From the NCBI RefSeq assembly GCF_006345805.1, contig NC_042999.1:70060001-70124000 (forward strand): 64,000 bases of DNA. The letters are read 5' to 3'. Position 1 is the stretch's first letter; each line of letters opens with the position of its first letter. This document shows, in pieces, positions 35,347 through 48,142 of this stretch. A model generated the notes under the pieces. It was not told the DNA's origin and made no database searches. It saw only the letters and a list, made by a program, of their open reading frames with translations. A program made the translations under genes and the position numbers. This stretch comes from Octopus sinensis. Lineage: Eukaryota.

Positions 35347-35497
35347 CTTTGCTCTTTACTCTTTTACTCTTTTACTTGTTTCAGTCATTCGACTGTGGCC
35401 ATGCTGGAGCACCGCCTTTTAGTCGAGCAAATCGACCCTAGGACTTATTCTTTGTAAGCCTAAAACTTATTCTATCGGTCTCTTTTGCCGAACAGCT
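35347..35497 (-). mobile_element. SINE family B, 3' half
   Basis: Matches the family B tail. Confidence 0.75.
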
Positions 35498-35507
35498 AAT
35501 AAGGTAA

Positions 35508-36162
35508 TGGATGACTCGTCCGAGAACATAACATTCTTCCACTGTTATAGGGAGCAATTCTGTAGGTTTTTACTTCACTCTAAACGCTTTGCAACGTTTA
35601 TTTTTGCAAGTAGTGGTTTTCTGATTGCAGCCCTCCCTTGAAATCCAGATTTATGCAGCTCCCGACGATCAGTTTTTTGTGGAAACTGGGTTCTCGAGGT
35701 GGTCATTAAGCTCTGCAGTAAGTTTGGGTGCTGTACTTTTGTGATCCTTTCTAACAATTTGCGTAAGAGTCCGACGGTCCCTATCTGAAAGTTTTCGTTT
35801 TCTTCCGTAGTTTTGTTTCGACAAGGAGGGTTTTCCCTCTTTCTGAAAGGGTATTATTACTTTCGAGACAGTACTTCTTGATACACTAAACATTTCGGCT
35901 GTTTCGTTACGCTAGCGCCTGTCATACGAGCACCAACAATTTGACCTCTTTGAAAGTCCGATAGATCTGTCATTTTAATGAATTTTAATTACCTTTTTCT
36001 GATGATATCTGAAAAGAAACAGCAATTTTAGCAAAACATATTAAGCAACGCTAATAATAAATCAAAAAACAAAAATGAACAAGCTTTTTGCGGTTTTATA
36101 GATATTTCAAAACTATGGTACTATGATGCTAGGTGTTTCCATTATATTTTGTCCAACACCTG
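35508..36162 (-). mobile_element. Tc1-type transposon, 5' half (TIR + paired-like DNA-binding region to the first catalytic D)
   Basis: TA-caggtgttggacaaaatataatggaaacacc TIR; MTDLSDFQRGQIVGAR...GRKRKLSDRDRR...KNVMFSDES. Confidence 0.88.
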
Positions 36163-36954
36163 TATATATATATATATATATATATATAATAAACGCACAA
36201 ACAAACGGAAAACAGACACAGATAACCAAATCGTCATCAGTTTAAAGCCAGAGTGTCAAACGCAATATTGCACCCAGCAACAAGCGATGGTAAGAAAAAA
36301 AGGGGAAAAGACTGAGAATTTGAAAATTAAGGATTCAGACAAGGCTGTATATTATTTCCTAGTCTATATAAGCTAGACAATGAAATCATCAGAATTCATA
36401 GGTCCTCTTGACCAGAAGTGTCAATCGAACGTATGGACATCAACAACCTTTGGTATGCAGAAAGTACAACCTCAATAAACTTCCATCAAAGGAACCTACA
36501 AATCCTTGTAACTATAGACAAAGAAATGCTTTTGTGGACTGGAAATGGGAGCAATTAAAACTTAATCAATGGTAATTATCCAGAAGAAACAGCCACCCAA
36601 AATAATACTCTAACTGAAAGAAAGCCAAGTGAATAGACATGACGAAAGATAACATACATTGACGGATGAAACGAAAAACTAGACAGGATTAAAATACAGT
36701 GAATGTGAGGACAGCAGAAGAAGGATAGCGAAGGTGACCCAAGGTTTTTACCGAAGGAAAATACATGGTGATGATGATGAGAAGGAGGAGGAGGAGGAGG
36801 GAATGGCTAGCATATATATGTGTGTGTGCGTGTGAGTGTACATATATATATGTACGTATACACATATGCATGTATGTGTATATATATATATATGTGTGTG
36901 TGTTTGTATGTATATATATATATATATATATATCATCATCATCATCATCATCAT

Positions 36955-37170
36955 CATCATCGTTTAACGTCCGTTTTCCGCGCTAGCACGGGTTGGACGG
37001 TTTGACCGGGGTCTGGGGAGTCAGGGGCTGCCCCAGGCTCCAGTCTGATCTGGCAGTGTTTCTACAGCTGGATGCCCTTCCTAACGCCAACCACTCCGCG
37101 AGTGTAGTGGGTGCTTTTTACGTGCCACCTGCACAGGTGCCAGAGGGGTCTGGCATCGGCCACGATCGGT
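36955..37170. mobile_element. Short interspersed repeat next to (CAT)n
   Basis: Contains ggatgcccttcctaacgccaacc, recalled as an RTE-related SINE tail. Confidence 0.55.
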
Positions 37171-37801
37171 TATTGCCTTGTTTCGTTGCATTGCGGCAGG
37201 GGGAGGGTTCCGGCAGAGAGAAAGTGGAGGGGGTGTGCATGTAATATAGGGGAGCACCAGTGGGGAAGGTTTGGGGTAAAGAGAAACGATGACAGGTAGG
37301 GTTGGTGGCAGGTTCTAGACAGAATGAAAAGTAGGAAGTAAAACGTAGGATAAACGTAGTTTATTGAGCGAAAACACCTAAAAGCTCTACGAGGCTCCGA
37401 CAGGGGGTGGTGATCCCTGCTGTACTCTTTCACCACAATGGCGGTGCCCCAGCATGGCCACAGCTCAAGAGCTGAAACTGGAAAAACAAAAAAAAAAAAA
37501 TATCACGAGTGGGGGAGGGGGCTGGAAGGAGATAGCCGGTTGAGGCAGTGACACATTTCAAAACAGGAGGAACATAAGATAACAGGTTAAGTGGGACGTT
37601 TGATGAGCTGCGGCGCTAGCTGCTTCTGTCTAGGGGGAGAGAGGCAGGGGTAAATACATAGTGAGAAAGTATATTGAGGAGGAGGGGTAGGAGGAACAGA
37701 CACACGTAGTGGTGGCGGTGGTAGAGGGGATATCCGGTGAGGATGGTGTAAACAGAGTGTTCTCCGATATGGGTGGTGGGGTGGGAAAGGGCGGGCGAAC
37801 C

Positions 37802-38476
37802 GCGAATGGCGGGCTGCGAAGATTTTGATTGGGGACAGTAGTGATAAAGACTTAAGCAATCGGGGTTTGAAGAAATGAACAGAGTAACGAACGAATTAAC
37901 TAATGAACTTGGTACCGAGGGGTTAAACAAATTAAAGAGTTATATTTTAAGAACAAGCAGAATTAGTGAATAGATTCGAACATTTAAGGGTTAGCGGCAA
38001 ATGTATGTGTGTAGTACAAGAGTCGGAAGAAATGAAATGAGAATTCTTAGATTGCTTGCTTGCTATGATCATCGCTGTGTGGTCAAGAAAGGGTGAATGA
38101 AAGAGAAGCACGAGGTGATAATTTATATAGGTTCACCGGAAGTGGGTTGGAAAGACGGAAGTTTTGATTGAAGACAGGACAGTACAGTAATGGCAGAGGA
38201 CGAACGAAATATCTTCATACCGAGGCATTTTTAAAAAATTAAAGAATTTTGAGGAGGAAAGATCACGCAGGTTAGCGAATGGCGGGCTGCGAAGATTTTG
38301 ATTGGGGACAGTAGTGATAAAGACTTAAACAATCGGGGTTTGAAGAAATGAACAGAGTAACGAACGAATTAACTAATTAACTTGGTACCGAGGGGTTAAA
38401 CAAATTAAAGGGTTATATTTTAAGAACAAGCAGAATTAGTGAATAGATTCGAACATTTAAGGGTTAGCGGCAAATG

Positions 38477-38483
<7 letters not shown>
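37802..38483. repeat. 473-bp-period partial tandem duplication (about 208 bp repeated)
   Basis: 37802-38010 recurs at 38275-38483; ends in (TA)n. Confidence 0.85.
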
Positions 38484-38538
<55 letters not shown>

Positions 38539-38688
38539 TGCATACGTATGTATGCGTATGTGCATGTAGCATCTATATATATATATAGATATAACGTTTT
38601 ATGTATACATACGTAAACTATAGGTGTATATAATTATATACATGTATAGTATATAATTTACACACACACGCCTAGCACGCGCACACAC

Positions 38689-38767
<79 letters not shown>

Positions 38768-38909
38768 TATATCGCTATCGGTATGAACTACGAGTCATTA
38801 TACATAAATTCGTGTTATTTTCAGTGCAAAATCGTGTTATAAGTACAGATTGACTGACAATAATTATCTTAACATCTTTTCTTTTAACAGATTGCCATAT
38901 TTCTCTCAC

Positions 38910-38993
38910 ATCGTTCAGAGCAGCTGTTAGTTGTTTCAACATTCCCGAGGAAATGCACGGCTTGTAGCATCTTATCTCCCTGACAGTCTGGAA
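38910..38993 (-). CDS. Candidate host-gene exon (84 bp, phase 1-1)
   Basis: tttctgccgcag|PDCQGDKMLQAVHFLGNVETTNSCSER|gtgaga. Cys-containing but no firm domain. Confidence 0.25.
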
Positions 38994-39206
38994 CTGCGGC
39001 AGAAATAACTTTTTATAGACAGATACATGCATACATACATAAATATTGTTTACTGCTCTGTAAACAGATATTTCTTTTTATCGTTTTTGTTGTTCTTGTT
39101 TTTAGTTTTTCTTTTATATTGTTTTTCTACTTGAAAATCCCACCCGTTTACAAAGTCATTCAATTAATTATTTACTTAAACATAAAAGTTAAATAGTAAA
39201 TAGATA

Positions 39207-39712
39207 CCGTAAATACTCGAGTATAGTCCGCCCTTGAATAGGATACGCAGGGGCTTTTTAGGGGGTCTTAGCTCTGAAAAACCTAAACCTTGTGTATAAT
39301 ACGTACCCCTTCTCTAACTTCAGTCAATGAGGTCTATATAACGTCCTTGGTTTGTAAAAATGTATACAGTAACGTCCTTATTATTGTATATATAACATAA
39401 TGCAAACGTGTAGCTTTTTTGTGCATTTTGTTTGCAGAGAATAAAGAATTAACAGTAATAACGTTTAATAAATGTTGCTTATTGCAAGTTATGGATGATT
39501 CTTTTATGACTTCATTGCTTTCAGGCTTAGCTTAAGGTATTTTCGCGCCCGACATCATAAAATGCGTCTAAATAAACATTGCCGGACAGCAAATAGAGAC
39601 TCGGACATTTCTTAGAAAATAATTTTCATTTTTAACCTCGTATATTGTACGCACTAGGGATTTTGACCTTTAAATTTGGGGGGAAATGCGGATTATACTC
39701 GAGGATTTACGG
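39207..39712. mobile_element. pogo/Tc2-like MITE with TA target duplication
   Basis: TA-ccgtaaatactcgagtatagtccgc ... gcggattatactcgaggatttacgg-TA. Confidence 0.82.
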
Positions 39713-39944
39713 TATGCAAAACTTTAATTGAAAACAACTGACTGTGCGGTGGTAACAACCTTAGGGCACGCAGAGACTACCCGGACCTCTTCGCTGTGAC
39801 TCGACTTGCTATAAATAGTAATCAAGTTCCCGTTTTCAATAAAGATGAATCACATTCGACCGAATAGGTTAACGATGTTCATTATTACCTGATGGGTGCA
39901 TTCGTGGTGGCTCAGTAGGTAAAAGGGTGTAGCGTGGTAAGGCA

Positions 39945-40520
39945 GTGAGCTGGCAGAAACGTTAGCGCGCCGGGCGGAATGCTTAGCAGTATTTCGTCTG
40001 CCGCTACGTTATGAGTTCAAATTCCGTCGAGGTCGACTTTGCCTTTCATCCTTTCGGGGTCGATTAAATAAGTACCAGTTACGCACTGGGGTCGATATAA
40101 TCGACTTAATCCGTTTGTCTGTCCTTGTTTGTCAACTCTGTGTTTAGCCCCCTGTGGGTAGTAAGGAAATAGGTATTTCTTCTGCGGTTACGTTCTGAGT
40201 TCAATCTCCGCCAAGGTCGACTTTGCCTTTCATCCTTTCAGGGTCGATAAATTAAGTACCAGTTACGCACTGGGGTCAATGTAATAGACTTAATCCCTTT
40301 GTCTGTCCTTGTTTGTCTCTTCTATGTTAACCCCTTGTGGGCAATAAAAAAATAAGAAACGTTAGCACCCCCGAATCAAAATATTGAGTGGCAATCCGTC
40401 CGTGTATATGTTCTGAGTTCAAATTCCGCAGGCGTCGACTTTGCCTTTTATTATATTTTTTTTTCGAGGTCAATGAAATAAGTACCAATGAAGTTCTGGG
40501 ATCGATGTAATCGAGCAGCC
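39945..40520 (+). mobile_element. SINE family A, multimeric
   Basis: 184-bp period (39993, 40177) plus a third partial copy. Confidence 0.85.
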
Positions 40521-40694
40521 CTTGGCCCCAAAATTCCAGGCCTGTTGTAGAAAGGACTATTGACTGATGGCTGTGAGGCAGCAGGTTGGCAGAATCGTTA
40601 CTGCGCAGGACAAAATGCTTAGCAGCATCTCTTCCGACTTTAAGCTCGGAGTTAAAATGCCGTTAGGGTTGACTTTGCCTTCCATCATTTCGTA

Positions 40695-41147
40695 CCACCG
40701 GCCCAATAGTTTCCCTTCATGACAGAATTAATAGTCAAGACTATGTAAGCATTTTATCTAATCAAATTCATTCTATGGTTGCGGAAATGTTTCCGGAGGG
40801 AAACGCAATCTTTCAGGATGATAATGCACCAATTCACACAGCTAAAGTTGTTACTGAATGGCACGAGGAACATTCTATTGAAGTTGAGCATCTTATCTAG
40901 CTACCACAGTGCCCAGATCTCAATATTATTAAATATTTATGATGCATTTTAGAAAAACAAGTGAGGAGTCGATATCCTTCACCATCATTACTACAAGAAC
41001 TGGAGACTGTTTTAGCTGAAGAATGGACCAAAATTCCTTTGAAAATCATTCAAACTTTGTACGAGTCCATGCCTCGTAGAATTCAAGCTGTAATTACTAC
41101 CAAAGGCGGTCCTACCCCATATTAAAATAAATGTGTTTGAAAATTTA
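40695..41147 (+). mobile_element. Tc1-type transposase, 3' half, degenerate
   Basis: IFQDDNAPIHTAK...PDLNIIK...MPRRIQAVITTKGGPTPY*. Confidence 0.88.
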
Positions 41148-41149
41148 AG

Positions 41150-41212
<63 letters not shown>

Positions 41213-41274
41213 TGATTGATTGATTCTAGTTCAGCTCATGAGCTGTGGCCATGCTGGGGCACCGCCATTTATAT

Positions 41275-41475
41275 ATATATTATATTATATTATATTATAT
41301 TATATTATATTATATTATATCATATTGTATTATATTATATTATATTATATTATATTATATTATATTATATTAATTATATTATACTATACTATACTAACTA
41401 TACTATACTATACTATACTATACTATACTATATTATATTATATTATATTATATTATATTATATTATATTATATAT
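41275..41475. repeat. (ATATT)n/(ATACT)n pentanucleotide microsatellite
   Basis: Seen directly. Confidence 0.95.
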
Positions 41476-42187
41476 AACCGAAGTCACTGTCGATAATATT
41501 CCTCTTAAGGAATAATAAAATAATAAATATAATAGCGTGACCCGTGAATATTCCACGGAATTAATCGTAAACTTATAGGATTATTTCTGAAAACTTTATC
41601 CAAAAATACTGAAAGTGTAGCCTGTATTGTGTCTTTATCGATAGTCTCTCATCTGCTATTCATTGAAAAGTGAAGGAAATTGAAATACAATGATAACTTA
41701 ATGTACTTTATATATACACTTTATATACTTTATGCACAATTTTATAGACTTAATATACAATACCCTCCCTCTTTCTCTCTCTTCACCTTACCCTCTTTTT
41801 CTCTTTCCTTTTTCGTTCGCTCTTCGCCTTTTCCTTCAACTAATTACGTGAAAGCGTTACAGACTGGCTAAGTAGCAGAGAAAAACTTAGTTAAAAAAGC
41901 ATTACACATTTCACTCACCATCTCCTCTCTCTCCCCTTCCTCACTTCTCCGCACCCCTCCCGTCCCCTTTCAACTAATCACGTGGAAGCATTACGGACGG
42001 ACTAAGTAACGGAGAAACAAGTAGAAGATATTTATATACATAAACTATTTGTATACACACAAACATATATATTAATATGAATACATACATACACATACAT
42101 ACACACTGATAGATGCATATATTTACAGATACATAGGCAGAGAGGCGGGCAGGCAGGCAGACAAACAGATAGCTAGATAGATAGATG

Positions 42188-42222
<35 letters not shown>

Positions 42223-42223
42223 G

Positions 42224-42262
<39 letters not shown>

Positions 42263-42263
<1 letters not shown>

Positions 42264-42612
42264 CTCTTACTTGTTTTAGTCATGTGACTTTGGCCATGCT
42301 GGAGCACCGCCTTTAGTCGAGCAAATTGACCCCAGGACTTATTCTTTGTAAGCCTCTTTTGCCGAACCGCTAAGTTACGGGGGACATAAACAAACCAGCA
42401 TCGGTTGTCAAACATATACACACACTTGCATATATATATACATATACACGACGGGCTTCTTTCAGTTTCCGTCTACCAAATCCACTCACAAGGCTTTGGT
42501 CGGCCCGAGGCTATAGTAGAAGACGCTTGCCCAAGGTGCCAGACTGTGGGACTGAACCCGGAACCATGCGGTTCGTAAGCAAACTTCTTACCACACAGCC
42601 ACTCCTACGCCT
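42263..42612 (-). mobile_element. SINE family B
   Basis: Head and tail match family B. Confidence 0.85.
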
Positions 42613-43004
42613 ACAATTATTATTGCTCGTATAGTTTTAGATTACTGATGATATAAAAGTACATTTGTTTGTATGTATTTATAGATAGGTTAATGAGAAT
42701 ATATTAAGAATAGATTTTTTTAAAAACGGCATACATGGATAGACACATATGTAGCTGGGTATATGAGATAACCACCACATCAGAATTAAAACCAGAATCA
42801 GAGCGGAAAAGAAACCATTACAACAGAAATAAACTATCGTGTTTCTCTTTTGGTTATATCTTACATGGTTCTTTCACTATAAATCATTTTAGAGTTTCAG
42901 CTCTACTGCCCAACCTATAACACGAATTGTAAATATCAGGATCAGGATCATCATCATCATCATCACCATCGTCCTAGTCATCATCAGCAGCAGCAGCGTC
43001 GGCG

Positions 43005-43200
43005 GAGGCTCAATGGCCCAGTTGTTAGGGCAGCGGACTCGCGGTCGTAAGAACGCGGTTTCGATTCCCAGACCGAGCATTGTGAGTGTTTATTGAGCAA
43101 AAACACCTAAGCTCCACGAGGCTCCGGTGGTGATGGTGGTGGGGTGAACCCCGCTGTACTTTCACCACAACTTTCTCTCACTCTTTCTTCCTACTTCTGC
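43005..43200 (+). mobile_element. SINE family C, 5' part
   Basis: ggaggctcaatggcccagttgttagggcagcg head. Confidence 0.8.
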
Positions 43201-43483
43201 CACAAAGCAGAGGAACCATGGTGTAACCCACTATGGTGTCGTAAGCTTTCAGACCCTAGTCTAGATTGCGAATCCTCTGTACCCCAGCATGGTCCAGTTC
43301 TCCACCCGTTAAAAGCCACCTTTTACGGAATGAGAATAACAACGTAGCCTTCGCGCCCGTGCAACCGCCAATCTATCGCGCGTGGTGGGTGGATCTTCAA
43401 GTTGCCACACGCATTCTTAGTAGCTTAGAGTAAGGCTCGAATTAGAGATTATTCTTTGTGGCTAATGGCGTAAGTCCTTGTTG

Positions 43484-43650
43484 GAAGAAGAAGAAGAAGA
43501 AGAAGAAGAAGAAGAAGAAGAAGAAGAAGAAGAAGAAGAAGAAGAAGAAGAAGAAGAAGAAGAAGAAGAAAAAGAAGAAGAAGAAGAAGAAAATGAGGAG
43601 GAGGAGGATGAGGAGGATGAGGAGGAGGAGTAGCAGCAGCAGCAGCGTCG
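43484..43650. repeat. (AAG)n(GAG)n(CAG)n microsatellite
   Basis: Seen directly. Confidence 0.95.
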
Positions 43651-43869
43651 TATTCATCATATATATGTATCAGTCAACTTTGGAAGCATCTATATCTGAT
43701 TCTCAGTCGTTTTTCCCTATGGACCCATGGACCCCCTTCATTTATATTTTATTCTATAGGACCCCACTAGCTATTTGATTTTTTTTTTAGAAATCCTATT
43801 ATATATATTATTATAATTAAATATTATTGAGGATTGTATTAAATACTTGTTAAAATAATTGTGTATTGT

Positions 43870-44075
43870 AGAAGTCACTGTGACCGTCACCGTGACCTAC
43901 CAGGCTATCAGATGTTGCTACACATCGCTGGTCACAATGCGCTTCGCATTGTTTTAGCCTTCAAGTGACGCCGCCCCGCTGGCTAAGCGAGCAGGCCAAC
44001 AGAAGAAAAAGTGAGAGAAAGTTGAGGCGAAAGAGTACGGCGGGGTTCACCATCCCACCCCGCCGGAGCCAGTCC
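43870..44075 (-). mobile_element. SINE family C, 3' part, tail type 2
   Basis: Reverse complement of 7200-7390. Confidence 0.8.
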
Positions 44076-44505
44076 AACTGACAAAGAGACATATTTTACC
44101 GTTATAACTATTTATGCCCTATTCACTTATATTTTACATTACATTCTGTAAACTTTAATGTTAATCCTATTTTTAACTTAATTATCATATATACGTATTT
44201 TTATACGCACGCGCGTGTTTGCATATGTGTATGCATTTATCTAAGAACATATGTGTGCATGCTTGTATTTGGATGGTTATATACACTAACGCATGTATTA
44301 TTCTAAATACACGCATTTATATATGTGCGTGTATATATGCGAATACATGTCATGTAAAATTACACGTAAAAACATCGCATATATGTAAGCGTATAAAGGA
44401 CATACGTGCACATTATATATTTACATACATATATATGTAGAAATATGTAGAAAATATACATACAAATGTATATATGAATGTATAGGTATTCGTATGTTTT
44501 TACAC

Positions 44506-45152
44506 GTATTAGAAATAGTTTTAAAAAAGTTTTTTAGCTACTATTTCTAATGAGTTCAGTATGCGGCAAAGTAATTTATTTTACTAAGCCCTTTTATATA
44601 ATGTAATAATTTGAATTCGCCTTAAATGGTCCCTTTGCATACTGAATACTTGGTGAAATTGATTAATAATTAATTAATTTTACCCTCAATTGTTGAAATT
44701 ATAATTCATCTCTCTCTATTTAATGCCTCGGATTTTACCGAAAAAAGCATAGTGTTTACTGATTTTAACCCACGCTGGTGGAAAGGGGAGAGCAGAAATT
44801 CTTCGCTTGCATATTTGAGTTTGCTGGCACTGTTAGTTTCGAGCAGATCTTCAGAAGCGATAAGAAGCCGAAAGGGTATGCTCCCACTTCAGTGTTTTCA
44901 AATCCAAACCAAGGAGTTCTGAGCTGATGATAGAAATGTCGAGTTGACTAATCTTGAAACGTACGTTCTCAAATAACCTTTGCATTTGATTTTTTAATGT
45001 CTTTACCCCCATACTTTCGTGAGTTGAATTGAGCAAACACTATATGAGAGAGGTTTTCTTTAAGTATTAGAAATAGTTTTAAAAAAGTTTTTTAGCTACT
45101 ATTTCTAATGAGTTCAGTATGCGGCAAAGTAATTTATTTTACTAAGCCCTTT

Positions 45153-45160
<8 letters not shown>
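44506..45160 (+). mobile_element. Hammerhead-containing 558-bp unit with a 97-bp terminal direct repeat, element X2
   Basis: 44506-44602 is repeated at 45064-45160; HHR at 44920-44971. Confidence 0.8.
44920..44971 (+). ncRNA. Type I hammerhead ribozyme with U10.1/U11.1
   Basis: TGAG-CTGATGA-T-AGA..GTC gagtt GAC..TCT-T-GAA-ACGTACGT-T/CTCA. Confidence 0.75.
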
Positions 45161-45184
<24 letters not shown>

Positions 45185-45224
45185 GTACGTACCTACCTCT
45201 ACATGTATATATACACGCATATAA

Positions 45225-45630
45225 GGGTGCAGGGCACCCAAAAAAACGCTGAACACAATGAGGAACGAAAACATAAACACGAAAACAAGGAACTGGACAT
45301 TTTTTTTAAACAACAAAAAAATAGAGTACAGGACAAATAACACAAGGAAAATTCCCCTTCTTCAGTCGCCATGGTTTCATCTACTCTGCGTTTCGAAGGT
45401 GAAGGCGATAGAAACTTTCCTTCCTGCGAAATGCAAATCAAATAAAATTTGAGATCTTTTTGCAGAAGGGTAAAAATGGTAACAAAAACAGGACAGTAAC
45501 GAAAGTACAAAATATAAACAGTAAAATACAGGACAAGGAGAATAACAAGACAAGAAGGGCTGTTAAGCCGAACGGGAAAAAGTATTACGAACGCTATTTT
45601 TGAGGACAGCAAAGGAGCAAAGAAAATGCC
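45225..45630. mobile_element. Unclassified interspersed repeat (second copy of 8757-9190)
   Basis: Collinear similarity between the two copies; both are embedded in TA microsatellites. Confidence 0.7.
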
Positions 45631-46930
45631 GTCCATATATATATATATATATATATATTTATGTGTGTGCGTATACGAGTATATGTGTGTGTATCCATAT
45701 ATATTTGTTTATTTCCTTTACACGTATGTGTGCTTATGTACATATTCCTGTTTTAGGTGCGTAAAATATATACATGCACACACACACACACACATATATG
45801 TATGCATGTATGTATACACACTACACACATACATACACACATATATATATATATATATACAACGCACATACGCTTATGTACACATATATATGCATACATA
45901 GTGCATACATACATATACATATACATACACACACATACATGCATACATACATACATACTACATACATACATACATACATACATACATACATGGATGCATG
46001 CATGCATACAAACTTACATACATACATATATACATACATACATACATACATACATACATACATACATACATACACATACATACATACATACATACATTTT
46101 CTGTCAGTAATCGTTGTTACAGATTGGTAATATTGATGTGACAGTAGTGTACTGCAACTGGTGTGTCACTTAACCTGTCGTCACAGACGTGCAATATGGC
46201 GGGGATTTGAGGGCTCTGTGCAATGTTATCCCACTGAATGAAGCTACAAATCGTTAGTCGATTAAGTCGACTTCACTACTTAAATCTTACTTTATTTTTA
46301 TCGATGCTGCATGGATGAGCTTTGACCTCAGCTGGAATTGAATTCAGAAGTTAAAGAGCCGGAACCAATACCGTAAGGTATTTTGTCTGACGCTCTAACG
46401 ATCTACCAATTCACCTCCATAAATGTAGATATACTGCTGGAAGACAGTTATGATGTATCACGTGACCTAATGTAAAGAACAGACGACATATTGTATCATG
46501 TTACTAGATGTAAAGAGCAGGCGACCATTTTACCGCGTAAATAAATAAATATAAAGAGCAGACGACACGTCTATTATATTTGTTTCGATGTCATGTTTGT
46601 TAAGTCAACTTAATGTAAGTTATTTATTAAAAATGTAGTCGTGAGAAATATAGAAAATTAAGATGTTTTAATGTTAATCCATTATTGACTGACAAGTAGT
46701 GACTCCCTAAAACTTGTATAAATATTAGTGTTTGTGTGTGTTTGTGAGTGTATGTGTATATATATGTGTGTGCGTGTGTGTGTGCGCGTGTGTAAGTGTG
46801 TGTGTTCACTTATATTTATAAATATTTGTAAATATTTATAAATAGCATCCGCTTAAAGTCATGTATATACAGTCATATTGCTTCTATTGTAAACTTTTTC
46901 GTTGCACTGTATCTTCATCATTTAAACAGG

Positions 46931-47099
<169 letters not shown>

Positions 47100-47408
47100 C
47101 GATCGTCAGGTACGTATGTGCGTAAGTTGCCGATGAATAATGGATACATTTGCAATAATTCACAAGGTACAGCATGGAACTAGGCTTAAAATATTTCCTG
47201 GTTGTTCCACTAAATGCTACTCTATCTAGCATATAATTTGATATAAAGTGCGAACTAGAATACTGCTAGATTCATTTCTTAGGGTCATATCGAGATGATT
47301 AAACAAGACAAATTCCGAATTATATGAAATAACCACAATAGTTTACAGCGGTGCAGCCTCACAAATTTGTAACGGAGCAGAGGAGTTCAATTCATTGTAA
47401 CTTTCTCT

Positions 47409-47510
<102 letters not shown>

Positions 47511-48034
47511 ACACACACATATATATATAGGGAGAGTTTACGAAAAAAACAAAAGGCGAAGACAGGTGGTGTACAAAACAAATAGATGTATTAGTATAAC
47601 GCTCAGGAATAGAAAAAAACTTTTACGTTCGAGCCTACGCTCTTCTACAGAAAGGGACACAGAAAAAGTAAGACCTTCCCTTTGTCTCTTTTCGGATATT
47701 ATTATATATATATATATATATAATATATATATATATATATAATATATATAATATAATAATAAGGTAAATAATTTCTATAAGGTTTTTTAAAAAAACCACA
47801 ATTATTACTGGTAAATTCGGTATGTAAATATAGCCGATTACCGGCAGGAACTATCAAGTTTCAGTATATATATTGTATATAGAAAAAGGGACAGCAACAG
47901 GTTGCTTGACCGCTACCGAAAAAGTAGACATAGTTTAATTCTTATTTCTATCAAAGTGGACTCCGGGCACGACAAGCCCTGTAATTCACATATGCCAAAC
48001 AGAAGATAGATATCTTAAACGAAGTCGTGGTTAT

Positions 48035-48142
48035 CTGTGAACATCATGTTCTGGATTATAAACATATTGAATATATATTTCATATATTTTTGATATATAT
48101 TTCATATACATTGCATATTATTTCACATCCTCTTCAGCACAG
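48035..48142 (-). ncRNA. Second hammerhead copy in X3, with GAA core scrambled to AGA
   Basis: Same stems I and III as 48665-48774. The difference may be a sequencing error. Confidence 0.55.

Noticed and set aside
35508-41147. The two Tc1 halves as one split element
   Set aside because: They are on opposite strands with a missing middle; independent copies are simpler.
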